DNA of 62,499 nt, the filler included, from Actinomycetota bacterium (lineage in GTDB: Bacteria; Actinomycetota; CADDZG01; JAHWKV01; JAOPZY01), in NCBI GenBank assembly GCA_025963875.1. It is 5 parts of 5 records of this genome, joined end to end, with 100 filler letters (N's around TTAATTAATTAA, not from the genome) between each part and the next. Parts side by side here need not be neighbours in the genome. Positions count along the whole stretch, not along the records: positions 1 to 16,435 come from JAOPZY010000250.1; 4 more parts are not named here. One strand, written 5' to 3'. The notes beneath the pieces were generated by a model. That model saw only the letters and a program-made list of their open reading frames with translations, had not been told where the DNA came from and ran no database searches. Below, piece by piece: positions 1 to 9,003 of this stretch. The first letter of the stretch is position 1; every line of letters begins with the position of its first letter. A program made the position numbers and the translations under genes.

Positions 1-44
1 ATCCTAGTCAGCGCAGCGTTGCGGTAACCTGCGTCGCTCCACCA

Positions 45-129
45 GGTGGGATACCCAAGTGGCCAAAGGGAGCGGTCTGTAAAATCGTTGGCTCAGCCTT
101 CGAAGGTTCGAATCCTTCTCCCACCACCA
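45..129 (+). tRNA. tRNA-Tyr (GTA)
   Basis: Acceptor stem GGTGGGA/TCCCACC, anticodon loop CTGTAAA, long variable arm, T-loop GGTTCGAATCC, encoded 3' CCA. Confidence 0.96.
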
Positions 130-236
130 GCACCAAACCATCCCCTGAGCAGCCAAACGGTTGCTCATCGTTTCCCGGTGGTTTGCATGGCTTCCGAGCC
201 TTCCAGAGGCAAAGTGGTGAGAGGACAAGAGGATGC

Positions 237-536
237 GTGAGAGCCCTGATTGCAGCGGCGCTGGTTCTGGTCGGCTGTTCAGCGGCGAAAGCAACGCCAG
301 CGCAAGCACCAACACCTACGCCGACGAGCAGCGTTACCCTGCCAGGGCCCGGGGGGACGCCTGTCCCGATCAATCCGAGGCCGCCACTTTCAACCGCAAC
401 CCGCGGCTCTCCTGGGAATGAGGTCGGGCCCTCTACCGGTCGCGGAGCCCCCGCCGGAAGCGGGCGGTCGGCGGCGACAGAATTATGGGCCTCGCCTCAC
501 CCGTCTCGGGATGTTCGCCTCCTAGTGACAAGCTAG
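237..536 (+). CDS. Putative small Pro/Thr-rich lipoprotein
   Basis: GTG at 237 after GAGGA; MRALIAAALVLVGC resembles a lipobox; low-complexity PT-rich body. Confidence 0.45.
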   Translation: MRALIAAALVLVGCSAAKATPAQAPTPTPTSSVTLPGPGGTPVPINPRPPLSTATRGSPGNEVGPSTGRGAPAGSGRSAATELWASPHPSRDVRLLVTS

Positions 537-554
537 GGCCACGGAATCGGACAT

Positions 555-603
555 GAACTTTGGGTCAAAAGGGCCCGTTTTTGGTCCTTTTGACCCAAAG
601 TTC
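555..603. repeat. Hairpin with 18-bp perfect arms (REP-like or terminator)
   Basis: GAACTTTGGGTCAAAAGG (555-572) pairs with CCTTTTGACCCAAAGTTC (586-603). Confidence 0.85.
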
Positions 604-665
604 GGCGCTTGGGGGCCAAGTGGCCCCCCCGCCGAGGGACCTGACACTGTGGACGGTCGCCGCCT

Positions 666-1760
666 ATGATGGCGTCGGGTATGGCCGCACTGGTGGAGCC
701 TTGGCAGGAACCCGTCCGGGGAGATGTCATGCCCCCGGCCCTCTTCAGCCTCTCCGGGATGGACCAGATCCTCGCCTGGAAGAAGGGCTACGTCCCCGTG
801 CCCCCGTTGGCGCATCTCACCGGCATCGAGATGGGCGACGTCGGCGACGGCACGGCGACGTTCACGATGCCGGCGTCGCCGTGGTTCCTGCCGCCGCAGG
901 GCGCCATCTCCATCGGCATGCTCACCGTCCTCGCGGACCCGCCGCTGGGCTGCGCCATCCAGACCAAGCTTCCCCCGGCCCTGCCGTACATCACCGCCGA
1001 ACTCTCGCTGACCGCGGTCCGGCCCGTGGCCGGAACCGGCGGGTTGCTGAGCGCCCACGGCCGGGTCGTGCACCCGGGCCGGCGGATGGCGCTGTCCGAG
1101 GTCGTCATCGAGGACGATGCGGGGCGGCTGGTCGCCCACGGGACGTCGCGCTGCATGGTGCTGCAGGAGCTGAAGGGCCTGCCCCCGGCCGAGGAGCTCG
1201 AGCTTCTCCCTCCACCCGACACCGCCGGCGATCCGTGGCTGCGGCCCGCCATGGGCGCGGTGCTTCCCCAAGCGCTCTGGGATGCGCACGACGGGCTCGA
1301 GATCCTCCAGATGATCCTCGCGGAGAAGGTCCCCCGGTCGCCCATCAGCTATCTCACCGGCCTCAGGGCCGCCGAGGCCGGCCCCGGGACGGCCACGTTC
1401 GTGCTCCCCAACCACGGCTGGCTCGGCTCCCCCAGCGGCAACGTCGAGGGAGGCTTCATCGCCATGCTCGCCGACACCGCGCTGCAGTCCGCCATCCAGA
1501 CGACGGCACCGGCCGGCTGCGCGGTGGCGTCTCTCGACCTCAAGGTCAATTTCCTCCGGCCCATCTCGCCCGACGGGACGGACCTCGTGGGCATCGGGAC
1601 GGTCGTCCACAAGGGCCGCTCCCTGGTCATCGCCAATGCCGAGATCGTGAACGCCGAAGGAAAACGGGTGGCCCTGGCCACGGGGTCGGCCCTCCTGCTT
1701 CCCGGCCATCCGGCGTCGCTTGACGACACGACCGAGCTCGACGAGACCCCGGAGGCCTGA
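666..1760 (+). CDS. Tandem hot-dog fold PaaI-family thioesterase
   Basis: Two PaaI-like halves (G.L..LAD..LG.AI; GGFIAMLADTAL...LKVNFLRP). Confidence 0.85.
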   Translation: MMASGMAALVEPWQEPVRGDVMPPALFSLSGMDQILAWKKGYVPVPPLAHLTGIEMGDVGDGTATFTMPASPWFLPPQGAISIGMLTVLADPPLGCAIQTKLPPALPYITAELSLTAVRPVAGTGGLLSAHGRVVHPGRRMALSEVVIEDDAGRLVAHGTSRCMVLQELKGLPPAEELELLPPPDTAGDPWLRPAMGAVLPQALWDAHDGLEILQMILAEKVPRSPISYLTGLRAAEAGPGTATFVLPNHGWLGSPSGNVEGGFIAMLADTALQSAIQTTAPAGCAVASLDLKVNFLRPISPDGTDLVGIGTVVHKGRSLVIANAEIVNAEGKRVALATGSALLLPGHPASLDDTTELDETPEA

Positions 1761-1762
1761 CC

Positions 1763-2434
1763 TCAGACCAGGCGCCGCTCCGTCGCCCACCGGGTGAGCT
1801 GGTGGCGGCTCGACAGCTGGAGCTTGCGCAGGACTGCCGACACGTGGGTCTCCACGGTCTTGATCGAGATGTGGAGTCCCTTCGCCACCTCCTTGTAGGC
1901 GTAGCCCCTGGCGATCAGCCGCAGGACCTCCCGCTCACGGGGGGTGAGCTGGTCGAGCTCGTCCGGAGCCCCTCCAGGTCCCACCGGGGTCTGGCCGGCG
2001 AATGCGTCGAGCACGAAGCCGGCGAGGCGGGGCGAGAAGACGGCGTCGCCGTCGTGGATGCGGCGGATGGCGCTGCGCAGCTCCGCCGGGGAGATGGACT
2101 TCGTCACGTAGCCCCGGGCTCCCGCCCGGATGACGGCGATCACATCCTCCGGCGCATCGGACACGGAGAGGGCCAGGAACTTGACATCCGGCGCCGAGCG
2201 GTGGACCGCCTCCAACACGGCCCGCCCGCCGCCGCCGGGCATGTGGACGTCCAGCAGCACCACGTCGGGGAGGGCGGCGACGATGCCGGCGATGGCGCTC
2301 TCGACGTCGCCCGCCGACCCCACCAGGGCGAACTCGCCCCCGAGCTCCGCCTGGACCCCGGAGAGGAACAGCCGGTGGTCGTCGACGACGAACACCCGGA
2401 CCTCGCCCGGGGCGCCGGCGTCCAGCGCCGTCAC
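1763..2434 (-). CDS. NarL/LuxR-family response regulator
   Basis: VFVVDDH, DVVLLDVHMP, GARGYVTK and LTPREREVL HTH; GTG start overlaps the kinase TGA. Confidence 0.93.
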   Translation of the reverse strand: MTALDAGAPGEVRVFVVDDHRLFLSGVQAELGGEFALVGSAGDVESAIAGIVAALPDVVLLDVHMPGGGGRAVLEAVHRSAPDVKFLALSVSDAPEDVIAVIRAGARGYVTKSISPAELRSAIRRIHDGDAVFSPRLAGFVLDAFAGQTPVGPGGAPDELDQLTPREREVLRLIARGYAYKEVAKGLHISIKTVETHVSAVLRKLQLSSRHQLTRWATERRLV

Positions 2435-3678
2435 GCCACCCTCGGGATGCTGAGCTGGACCTCGGTCCCGGCGTCCAGATCGGTCACGATCGTCGCCGAC
2501 CCACCGGAGCGCTGCATCCGCCCACGGATCGAGTCGGCGATGCCCCGGCGATCCGGCGCCACCGAACCCGGATCGAAACCGGTTCCCTGGTCGCGTACGA
2601 ACGCGGTCACCGACTCGGGTTCGACCTCCAGGTAGATGGAGATCTGTCCGGCCCCCGAGTGCTTGGCAGCATTGACGGTGGCCTCCCGGGTGGCATCCAC
2701 GATGGCCTGCAGCCGGTCGTCGAGCGCCGTGTCCCCGACGGTCACCACCTCCACCGGGACCTTGAACTGCAGCTCCACCGAGGCGGCCGCCTTCTCGATG
2801 GCCGTGGCCAGTGTGTCGCTCTCGCCGGTGACGAGGGGTGGCCGGCCGCTCAGCCAGGCGCGCAGCTCCCGCTCCTGGTTCCGGGCGAGGGCGACCATCT
2901 CCCGAGGCTGATCCGTGCGCTGGATGAGGGCCAGGGTTTGCAGGACCGAGTCGTGCAGGTGGGCGGCCACCTCGGCCCGCTCCTCCGAGCGGATGCGCTC
3001 CCGCCGCTCGTCGCCGAGGGCCTGCACCAGCCGCAAGCTCCAGGGTCCGGCGACGAGCCCGACGCCCACCGCGGTGGCGACAACCGCCACGACGATGCCG
3101 GGCTGGGTCTCCAGCACGTTGCTGCGGGCCAGGAAGATCACCATGCCCCCGAAGGCGGCTGCGAGGCCGATGAGGAGCCGCAACCTGCCGATCCCCTTGA
3201 CCGGCCCCCGTTCCGCTACCGCCTCGAGCATCGATGCCGGCGCCCGCTGGGCCAGGCGGCTCCACCGGGCACGTTCGGTGTCGTCGCCCCGCAGCCAGAC
3301 GATGGTGATCCCGATGGCCACGAGTCCCACCGACGTCCCGATGGCGTCGCCCACCCAGAGACCCATCGACCGCAGCGCGACCACGATCCCTGCCAGGACC
3401 AGGGCCACGGCAATGCCGCGCTGCGGACCGGCGTCCAGCACCTCGAGCGGGGTCTCTGCCTGGGGGACGGAAACCCACAACACCGCATAGGCAAGGACCC
3501 CGGCGCCGCCGCAGAGCGCGAGCATGACGAAGGCCACCCGCACCAGGGCCGGGTCCACTCGCAGGCGCTCGGCGAGGCCTCCGGCGACTCCCGCGACGAC
3601 CCGGCGGTTCGGGCTCCGGGAGAGGCCGAAGCCCAGGAATCCGTTGCGCGGCGGGGCGTAGCGCGGTGAGGTCTCCAT
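2431..3678 (-). CDS. PspC-domain sensor histidine kinase
   Basis: N-terminal PspC (RRVVAGVAGGLAE), TM helices, H-box AHLHDSVLQTL, HATPase NAAKHSG/DQGTGF. Confidence 0.92.
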   Translation of the reverse strand: METSPRYAPPRNGFLGFGLSRSPNRRVVAGVAGGLAERLRVDPALVRVAFVMLALCGGAGVLAYAVLWVSVPQAETPLEVLDAGPQRGIAVALVLAGIVVALRSMGLWVGDAIGTSVGLVAIGITIVWLRGDDTERARWSRLAQRAPASMLEAVAERGPVKGIGRLRLLIGLAAAFGGMVIFLARSNVLETQPGIVVAVVATAVGVGLVAGPWSLRLVQALGDERRERIRSEERAEVAAHLHDSVLQTLALIQRTDQPREMVALARNQERELRAWLSGRPPLVTGESDTLATAIEKAAASVELQFKVPVEVVTVGDTALDDRLQAIVDATREATVNAAKHSGAGQISIYLEVEPESVTAFVRDQGTGFDPGSVAPDRRGIADSIRGRMQRSGGSATIVTDLDAGTEVQLSIPRVA

Positions 3679-3713
3679 AGAGGAGATGTTCGCGCACCGC
3701 TCGGGCGAAACCT

Positions 3714-3788
3714 ATCGGGGACTTCCCGCTGGCCGCGGCGGCTCCCGGCTCAGGGTTCTCTCAGGGTTTTTCGGGGGTGAATCCCGAT
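3714..3788. promoter_or_regulatory. Candidate response-regulator binding sites in the divergent pspC promoter
   Basis: TCAGGG/TCAGGG/TCGGGG at 3750, 3761 and 3771; inverted repeat TCGGG-N7-CCCGA; similar ATCGGGG...CCCG at 3714. Confidence 0.55.
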
Positions 3789-3861
3789 GGTTCCGTGCCC
3801 GTTTCGGGCCGATGATCCGACAATGAACAGCGAGCAGCAGCCACCACAAGAGGAGGAACCC

Positions 3862-5139
3862 ATGGACAGCACCACCCAGACCCCACCCGGACCCAACCCG
3901 GGTTGGCAGCAGCCTCAGGCCGGTACGCGGCCCCCCCTCGTCCGCAGCCGCACCGACCGGAAGATCGCCGGCGTGGCCGGCGGCCTCGCCGCCTACCTCG
4001 GCGTCGAGCCGCTGTGGATCCGAATCGCCTTCGTGCTCGTGAGCATCCCCGGCGGCTTCGGCGTCCTGCTCTACCTCCTCGGCTGGGCCCTGATCCCCGA
4101 GGAGGGGGAGCAGGCGGCGATCGGCGAGGGACTCCTCGAGCACATTCGCCGAGCCCCCACCTGGGTGGCAATCGTCCTCTTCGTGCTCGCCGCCCTCGTG
4201 TTCTTCGACCGGGCCTGGGGTCCCCCGGTCTTCTGGGCAGCCGCACTGATCGTCGCCGGCATCTGGCTGTACCACAACGACGCGCAACACCGGCCACCGG
4301 CCGGCGGGCCGCCGGTTGGCCCCCCCGCTGCCCCCCTTGCCGGAGGCACGCCGCCAGCAGCAACCACGCCAACGTTCGACGCCCCGCCGCCGCCGGCTTC
4401 GTACTCGCCGGCGGCGGGCGTGGGCTACGCCCCCCGCACCGCCTACGCAACTCGACCCGTCGCCGCGCGCTCGCCACGTCCTCGCTTGCCTCGGTCCTTC
4501 CTCGGCCGCTACACGATGGCCGCCATGCTGGTCGTGCTGGGTCTCACCGCAGCCCTCGACAACATTGGCGCGGTCAGCGTCCCCGCCCGCGTCTATCCGG
4601 CGGTGGCGCTGCTCGTCGTCGGCGCCGGCCTGATCGTCGGGGCGTTCTGGGGCCGCTCCCGCTCCCTGATCCTGGCCGGCCTCCTGATCCTCCCCGTGGC
4701 GGCCGCCGCCAGCCTCGTGCGGGTGCCGCTCCGGGGCGGCACCGGGCAACGTCTCTACGCCCCGGCCACCCTGCAGGCGGTCAGCCCCGAGTACCACCTG
4801 GCGGCGGGCCAGCTTCACCTCGACCTGACCCGGCTCCCGGCAGGGGCGTGGACCTCCACGGTGCACACCAGGGTGCGGGTGGCGGCGGGCGACATCGAGG
4901 TCGTCATCCCCAGCGATGTCGCCGTTGACTTCCGTGGCCACACGGGTGCCGGCGACATCTACCTCTTCGACGTGATCCGCAACGGCATCGACGTGACCCT
5001 CCAGAGCGTCGTCCCGGGTGCGCAGCCCGCCTCGCCACGCCTTGTGCTCGACGCCGAGGCCTCGGTCGGCCAGATCCGGGTCATCCGGGGTGGGGCACCC
5101 GCGCCCGTCGCCCCGGCCGTCACGTCCACCGCAGGCTGA
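3862..5139 (+). CDS. PspC-domain membrane protein with LiaF-like C-terminal beta domain
   Basis: RBS GAGGAGG; LVRSRTDRKIAGVAGGLA PspC motif; C-terminal GQLHLDLT...GDIEVVIP...GDIYLF...GQIRV. Confidence 0.88.
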   Translation: MDSTTQTPPGPNPGWQQPQAGTRPPLVRSRTDRKIAGVAGGLAAYLGVEPLWIRIAFVLVSIPGGFGVLLYLLGWALIPEEGEQAAIGEGLLEHIRRAPTWVAIVLFVLAALVFFDRAWGPPVFWAAALIVAGIWLYHNDAQHRPPAGGPPVGPPAAPLAGGTPPAATTPTFDAPPPPASYSPAAGVGYAPRTAYATRPVAARSPRPRLPRSFLGRYTMAAMLVVLGLTAALDNIGAVSVPARVYPAVALLVVGAGLIVGAFWGRSRSLILAGLLILPVAAAASLVRVPLRGGTGQRLYAPATLQAVSPEYHLAAGQLHLDLTRLPAGAWTSTVHTRVRVAAGDIEVVIPSDVAVDFRGHTGAGDIYLFDVIRNGIDVTLQSVVPGAQPASPRLVLDAEASVGQIRVIRGGAPAPVAPAVTSTAG

Positions 5140-5184
5140 TCCGCTGCCCCCCAACGAAACGAACCACGACAAAAGGAGATCACC

Positions 5185-5442
5185 ATGCGACGGCACCCGC
5201 TCGATCCCGTTTCCCTGGTCGCCGGCCTGCTCTTCGCCGGCCTCAGCATCTCGCTGCTGGCCGGCAGCGTCACGGCCCGCACCCAACACCTCACCCTGGT
5301 GTGGGCCGTCGGTGCGGTCCTCGTCGGCCTGGGGTTGCTCGCCACGGGGCGCCGTTCCCACGGAGAGGCCGGGCCCCAGACCGCACCCGAGGCTGGACCC
5401 CAGACCGAAGGTGGGATGGCCGGAGAGATCCGGGAAGACTGA
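5185..5442 (+). CDS. Small two-TM membrane protein of the pspC locus
   Basis: AAGGAG RBS; MRRHPLDPVSLVAGLLF start; two hydrophobic helices. Confidence 0.8.
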   Translation: MRRHPLDPVSLVAGLLFAGLSISLLAGSVTARTQHLTLVWAVGAVLVGLGLLATGRRSHGEAGPQTAPEAGPQTEGGMAGEIRED

Positions 5443-5478
5443 CCGTGACGTACGGACGATTGTTGGTAAAGGACAGGT

Positions 5479-6264
5479 TTGGGTCAGGACGAGCTGTCTC
5501 GCAGCCTGGCGGTGCTGTCCCACATGCTCCTGAGAGAGCAGACCCTCGACAGCACCCTGGAACGGATCGCCCAGCTTGCCGCGGAGCTGCTGCCGCAGGC
5601 GGACGCGGCGAGCATCACGATCTCGGATGCCGGCGGGCCGCCCCGCACCGCGTCGTCGACCGACCAGACGGTCGCCGAGCTGGATGCCGAGCAGTACCGC
5701 CTCGACGAGGGGCCGTGCCTGGCGGCGCTGCGAGAAGGCCAGGCATTCCAGATCGACTCGATGCGCAGCGAGACCCGCTGGAAGGGGTTCTGCCAGGTGG
5801 CTGCCGCTGCCGGTATCGAGAGCGTGCTGGCCGTCCCGCTCGATGCGGAATCGGCCGACGGAAGAAGGGGTGCCATCAATTTCTTCGCCCGGGCGTCGGG
5901 CGTCTTCACGGACCCCGACCGACACGCCGCCAACGTATTCTGCGCCCAGGCGGGGGTCGCCGCCGCCAATGCCGCAGCCTTCGCCGACCTGCAAGCCGAG
6001 CGGGCGCTGCTGACTCGCCGGCTCGAGGATGCCCTCCACTCCCGGGCCGTTATCGATCAGGCGGTGGGGATCCTCATGGAGCGGGAGCGCTTAGGTCCGG
6101 AGGAGGCGTTCCAGATGTTGCGCTCGGCGAGCCAGAAGCTGAACGTGAAGCTCCGGGTGATCGCGGCGGAGATCCTGGAATCTGCCGCAGGGCCCCCGGG
6201 GCAAGAAGCTGCGATCCGCACGGACAGGACCCCGGAGAGAACCTCAGGTGAGGGATCGGCGTAA
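5479..6264 (+). CDS. GAF and ANTAR domain protein
   Basis: GAF (LDAEQYRLDEGPCL, SVLAVPL) and ANTAR (ALHSRAVIDQAVGILM...AFQMLRSASQKLNVKLR). Confidence 0.92.
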   Translation: MGQDELSRSLAVLSHMLLREQTLDSTLERIAQLAAELLPQADAASITISDAGGPPRTASSTDQTVAELDAEQYRLDEGPCLAALREGQAFQIDSMRSETRWKGFCQVAAAAGIESVLAVPLDAESADGRRGAINFFARASGVFTDPDRHAANVFCAQAGVAAANAAAFADLQAERALLTRRLEDALHSRAVIDQAVGILMERERLGPEEAFQMLRSASQKLNVKLRVIAAEILESAAGPPGQEAAIRTDRTPERTSGEGSA

Positions 6265-6307
6265 GATTTTCAACCATGGCACCTTTTGATGTCGCGCACC
6301 AGCCGCG

Positions 6308-6667
6308 ATGAGTAGATCCGTCTTCGGCACGGACGGCGAGCTGGGAACGTTGCTCAGCGTCGTCGAGGGCGGCCCCCGGATGTTCCGCCTTGCCGGCGAG
6401 CTGGACGTCTCGAACACCGGGAAGCTCGGCCGGTTGCTGGAGCCGGAGCTCGCGTCCCCCGGCGACCTCACGCTCGAGCTGCGGGGCCTCGAATTCATGG
6501 ACAGCGCGGGCATCCACCTCTTCATCACCACCGCCTGCGCTCTCCGGGGCCGAGGCAACCTCCGACTGCTGGATCCCTCCAGCCACGTCGCCAGGGTCAT
6601 CGAGACCACCGGCCTCGAACGGCTCAACAACCTCGAGGTGGTGCGTGGCGAGGAGCCCGAGGTCTGA
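6308..6667 (+). CDS. STAS-domain anti-sigma factor antagonist
   Basis: LAGELD...LEFMDSAGI phospho-Ser motif...RVIETTGL. Confidence 0.88.
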   Translation: MSRSVFGTDGELGTLLSVVEGGPRMFRLAGELDVSNTGKLGRLLEPELASPGDLTLELRGLEFMDSAGIHLFITTACALRGRGNLRLLDPSSHVARVIETTGLERLNNLEVVRGEEPEV

Positions 6668-6671
6668 CGGC

Positions 6672-7049
6672 ATGGGACTGCTGAGGCGCTCCAACCACAG
6701 CAAGGGAGACGGTGTGGTCGCATCCGAACGGGCGAAAGCGATCCTTGGCGAGGTGCCGGGCTGCGAGGCCATCGGCGACTGCCGTCCCCGGCACCGGGGG
6801 AGGGTTGCCGGCATCGTCGAGAGCATCAAGCTCGTCCCCCGCCCCGACACGATCCGGCTCGAGATCACCATCTCCGACGGCACCGGGGAGATCAGTGGGG
6901 TCTGGTTCGGCCACCACCGCATCGGCGGGCTCGACCTGGGGGAGCGGGTGATGTTCGAGGGCACGGTGGGCAGCCCCGGCGCAGGAAAACTGGAGATCCT
7001 CCACCCGACCTACCAACTGCTGGGCAGGCCGGGAGACAACGGGAGCTAG
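6672..7049 (+). CDS. OB-fold nucleic-acid-binding domain protein
   Basis: LEITISDGTGEISGVWFGHHRIGGL...HPTYQL; this type usually lies near actinobacterial trkA loci. Confidence 0.8.
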   Translation: MGLLRRSNHSKGDGVVASERAKAILGEVPGCEAIGDCRPRHRGRVAGIVESIKLVPRPDTIRLEITISDGTGEISGVWFGHHRIGGLDLGERVMFEGTVGSPGAGKLEILHPTYQLLGRPGDNGS

Positions 7050-7066
7050 ACCTCTCCCAGCCGGGC

Positions 7067-7381
7067 CTAGCCGAACTGTCTGGCGTCCGTCACGTCGGTG
7101 ACGTCACGAAAGTGGCCACCATTGGCGGCGGCGAGGTCTCCATGTAACACGACGGGATCGAGGTCGACTCCATTGGGCCACGCGACGGTGCGAGACTCGG
7201 GGTCCACTCGAGCCTGACGAAAGAAGTCGGGATCGTCGAAGGGCTCGAAGACGGTGCCCGCATGGCGTCCCGGCATGAACTCCCACTCCCTGACGAGACC
7301 ATCATCGAACGTCACGCGCACGACATGAGGCCGAGGGATCTCAACGGCAAGAACGTGCGGGATGCGAAGGCGAGTCTTCAT
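7067..7381 (-). CDS. DUF2442 domain protein
   Basis: VRVTFDDG...GTVFEPF.DP.FF.Q.RVD...TVAWPNGVDLDP signature. Confidence 0.88.
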   Translation of the reverse strand: MKTRLRIPHVLAVEIPRPHVVRVTFDDGLVREWEFMPGRHAGTVFEPFDDPDFFRQARVDPESRTVAWPNGVDLDPVVLHGDLAAANGGHFRDVTDVTDARQFG

Positions 7382-7412
7382 GGCAATGGCTCCCCGACGG
7401 CCTAGCCAGAGA

Positions 7413-7458
7413 GGTTAGTCGGCAATCGCGCGCCGGCGCGCGAAGGACGACTAAGTTC
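7413..7458. repeat. Two-stem hairpin, family A copy
   Basis: TTAGTCG..TCGCGCG-CCGG-CGCGCGA..CGACTAAGTTC. Confidence 0.8.
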
Positions 7459-7489
7459 CGTTGTCAGGGGCTAGTGTCCGGCGGGTCGT

Positions 7490-8224
7490 TCAGACGCCGT
7501 CAGATGACAGCTCGGGCGCACGATCGGCCCGCCCGTCCGGCGAGGACCCGTCCCTTCCGGGCGGCCTCCCGCTCAGGAGCTCCTCGATTGCGGTCTCGGC
7601 CTCCGCCGCGGCGATGCACAGCAGCTCGTCGCCGGCAATGAGCGGCGTCTCGTCCCGGGGCACGATGACGTGTTCGTTGCGGACCACGGCGACGACCGCG
7701 CAGTCCTGCGGCATGCCGAGCTCGCCGATGAGCTTGCCCACCGCGAACGACCGGTCGCTGAGGGTCACCTCGACCAGCGACACCTTGCCCTTTTCGAGGC
7801 GGAGGAGCCGGACCAGGTCGCCCACCGAGACGGCCTCCTCGACCAGGGCGGTGAGCAGGTGCGGCGGGCTGACTGCCGCGTCGACGCCCCACGACTCGTT
7901 GAACATCCAGTGGTTCTTCGGGTGGTTCACTCGGGCGAGCACCCGGGGGATCGCGTACTCCTGCTTGGCGAGCAGCGACACGACGAGGTTGTCCTCGTCG
8001 TCGCCGGTGGCCGCCACCATGACGTCGCAGGTGTCGAGGCCGATGCCCTGGAGCTCGAACGGTTCGCAGGCATCCGCGTGGATCCACGTGCAGGGCACCT
8101 TCCCCGAGTCCCGCCGGATCACGTCGGAGTCCTGCTCCAGGATGATGACATCGTGGCCGTGCTCGACGAGGTCGGCGGCGATGTACTGGCCCACCTTGCC
8201 GGCCCCGGCGATGGCGACCTTCAT
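7490..8224 (-). CDS. trkA: TrkA-family RCK potassium uptake regulator (CeoC-like)
   Basis: MKVAIAGAGKVG, ATGDDEDNL, RVNHPKNHWMF, TrkA-C domain. Confidence 0.92.
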   Translation of the reverse strand: MKVAIAGAGKVGQYIAADLVEHGHDVIILEQDSDVIRRDSGKVPCTWIHADACEPFELQGIGLDTCDVMVAATGDDEDNLVVSLLAKQEYAIPRVLARVNHPKNHWMFNESWGVDAAVSPPHLLTALVEEAVSVGDLVRLLRLEKGKVSLVEVTLSDRSFAVGKLIGELGMPQDCAVVAVVRNEHVIVPRDETPLIAGDELLCIAAAEAETAIEELLSGRPPGRDGSSPDGRADRAPELSSDGV

Positions 8225-8889
8225 ACCCTGAGCGCCTTGCCGCGGCTGGCGAGGTGCTCGGAGAGCTTGCCCAGCTCCCCCCGCATGACGACGAGGTTCA
8301 GGAAGTCCCCCTCCTGCAGGATGAGGCGGGGCTCCGCAACCTCGGTCTGACCGAAGCGGGTGACGGCCGTGACGAGGATCCTGCCCGGCACGTTGAGCTC
8401 GGACACCCGGGCTCCCGCGGCGGCATCGGGCACCTCGACGCCGATGGCCACGACGGCGCCGGAGCCGATGGTGCCGAGGATCGCCTCGGACGGGGGCATG
8501 ACCCTGGCCAGCACCTGGTCGGTCGTCCAGGCGACGGTGGCGACCGTGGGGATGCCGAGGCGCTCGTAGATCTGGGCCCGGCGGGGGTCGTAGATGCGGG
8601 CCGCCACGGTGCGGCGGCCGTAGTGCTCCTTGGCGATACGGGCGCAGACGATGTTGGAGTTGTCGCCGTTGGTTACGGCGATGAAGACGTCGGCCTCCTT
8701 GATGCCGGCCTCCTCCAGGATGTCCCGATCGAAGCCGGGTCCCACGAGGGTCTTCCCCCCGAAGCCTGGGTGCAGGTGCTCGAAGGCCGCAGGGTTCTTG
8801 TCGATGATGGACACGGAGAAGTTGCGCTGCGTCAAGGCGTCCGCCAGCTCGGCGCCGACACGCCCGCATCCCACGATCACCGCATGCAC
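8221..8889 (-). CDS. trkA: TrkA-family RCK potassium uptake regulator (CeoB-like)
   Basis: VIVGCGRVG, GDNSNI, ARIYDPRRAQIYERLGIPTVATV. Confidence 0.92.
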   Translation of the reverse strand: MHAVIVGCGRVGAELADALTQRNFSVSIIDKNPAAFEHLHPGFGGKTLVGPGFDRDILEEAGIKEADVFIAVTNGDNSNIVCARIAKEHYGRRTVAARIYDPRRAQIYERLGIPTVATVAWTTDQVLARVMPPSEAILGTIGSGAVVAIGVEVPDAAAGARVSELNVPGRILVTAVTRFGQTEVAEPRLILQEGDFLNLVVMRGELGKLSEHLASRGKALRV

Positions 8890-8941
8890 AGGCAAACGAT
8901 ACACGCCTGGGGGGGAACATTTATGTTTCGCAAATAGTCAC

Positions 8942-8968
8942 GTTACATTTCTTGACGAAATCCATACG
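8942..8968. promoter_or_regulatory. Candidate OmpR/KdpE-type direct repeats
   Basis: GTTACA, TTGACG and CATACG at 10-11 bp spacing in the AT-rich trkA/kimA divergent region. Confidence 0.35.
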
Positions 8969-9003
8969 CGCGCTGGGCTGGGTGTCGCGGTACAACTGAC
9001 GCG

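Noticed and set aside
45..665. Genomic island integrated at tRNA-Tyr
   Set aside because: No integrase and no duplicated tRNA 3' end seen in the window.
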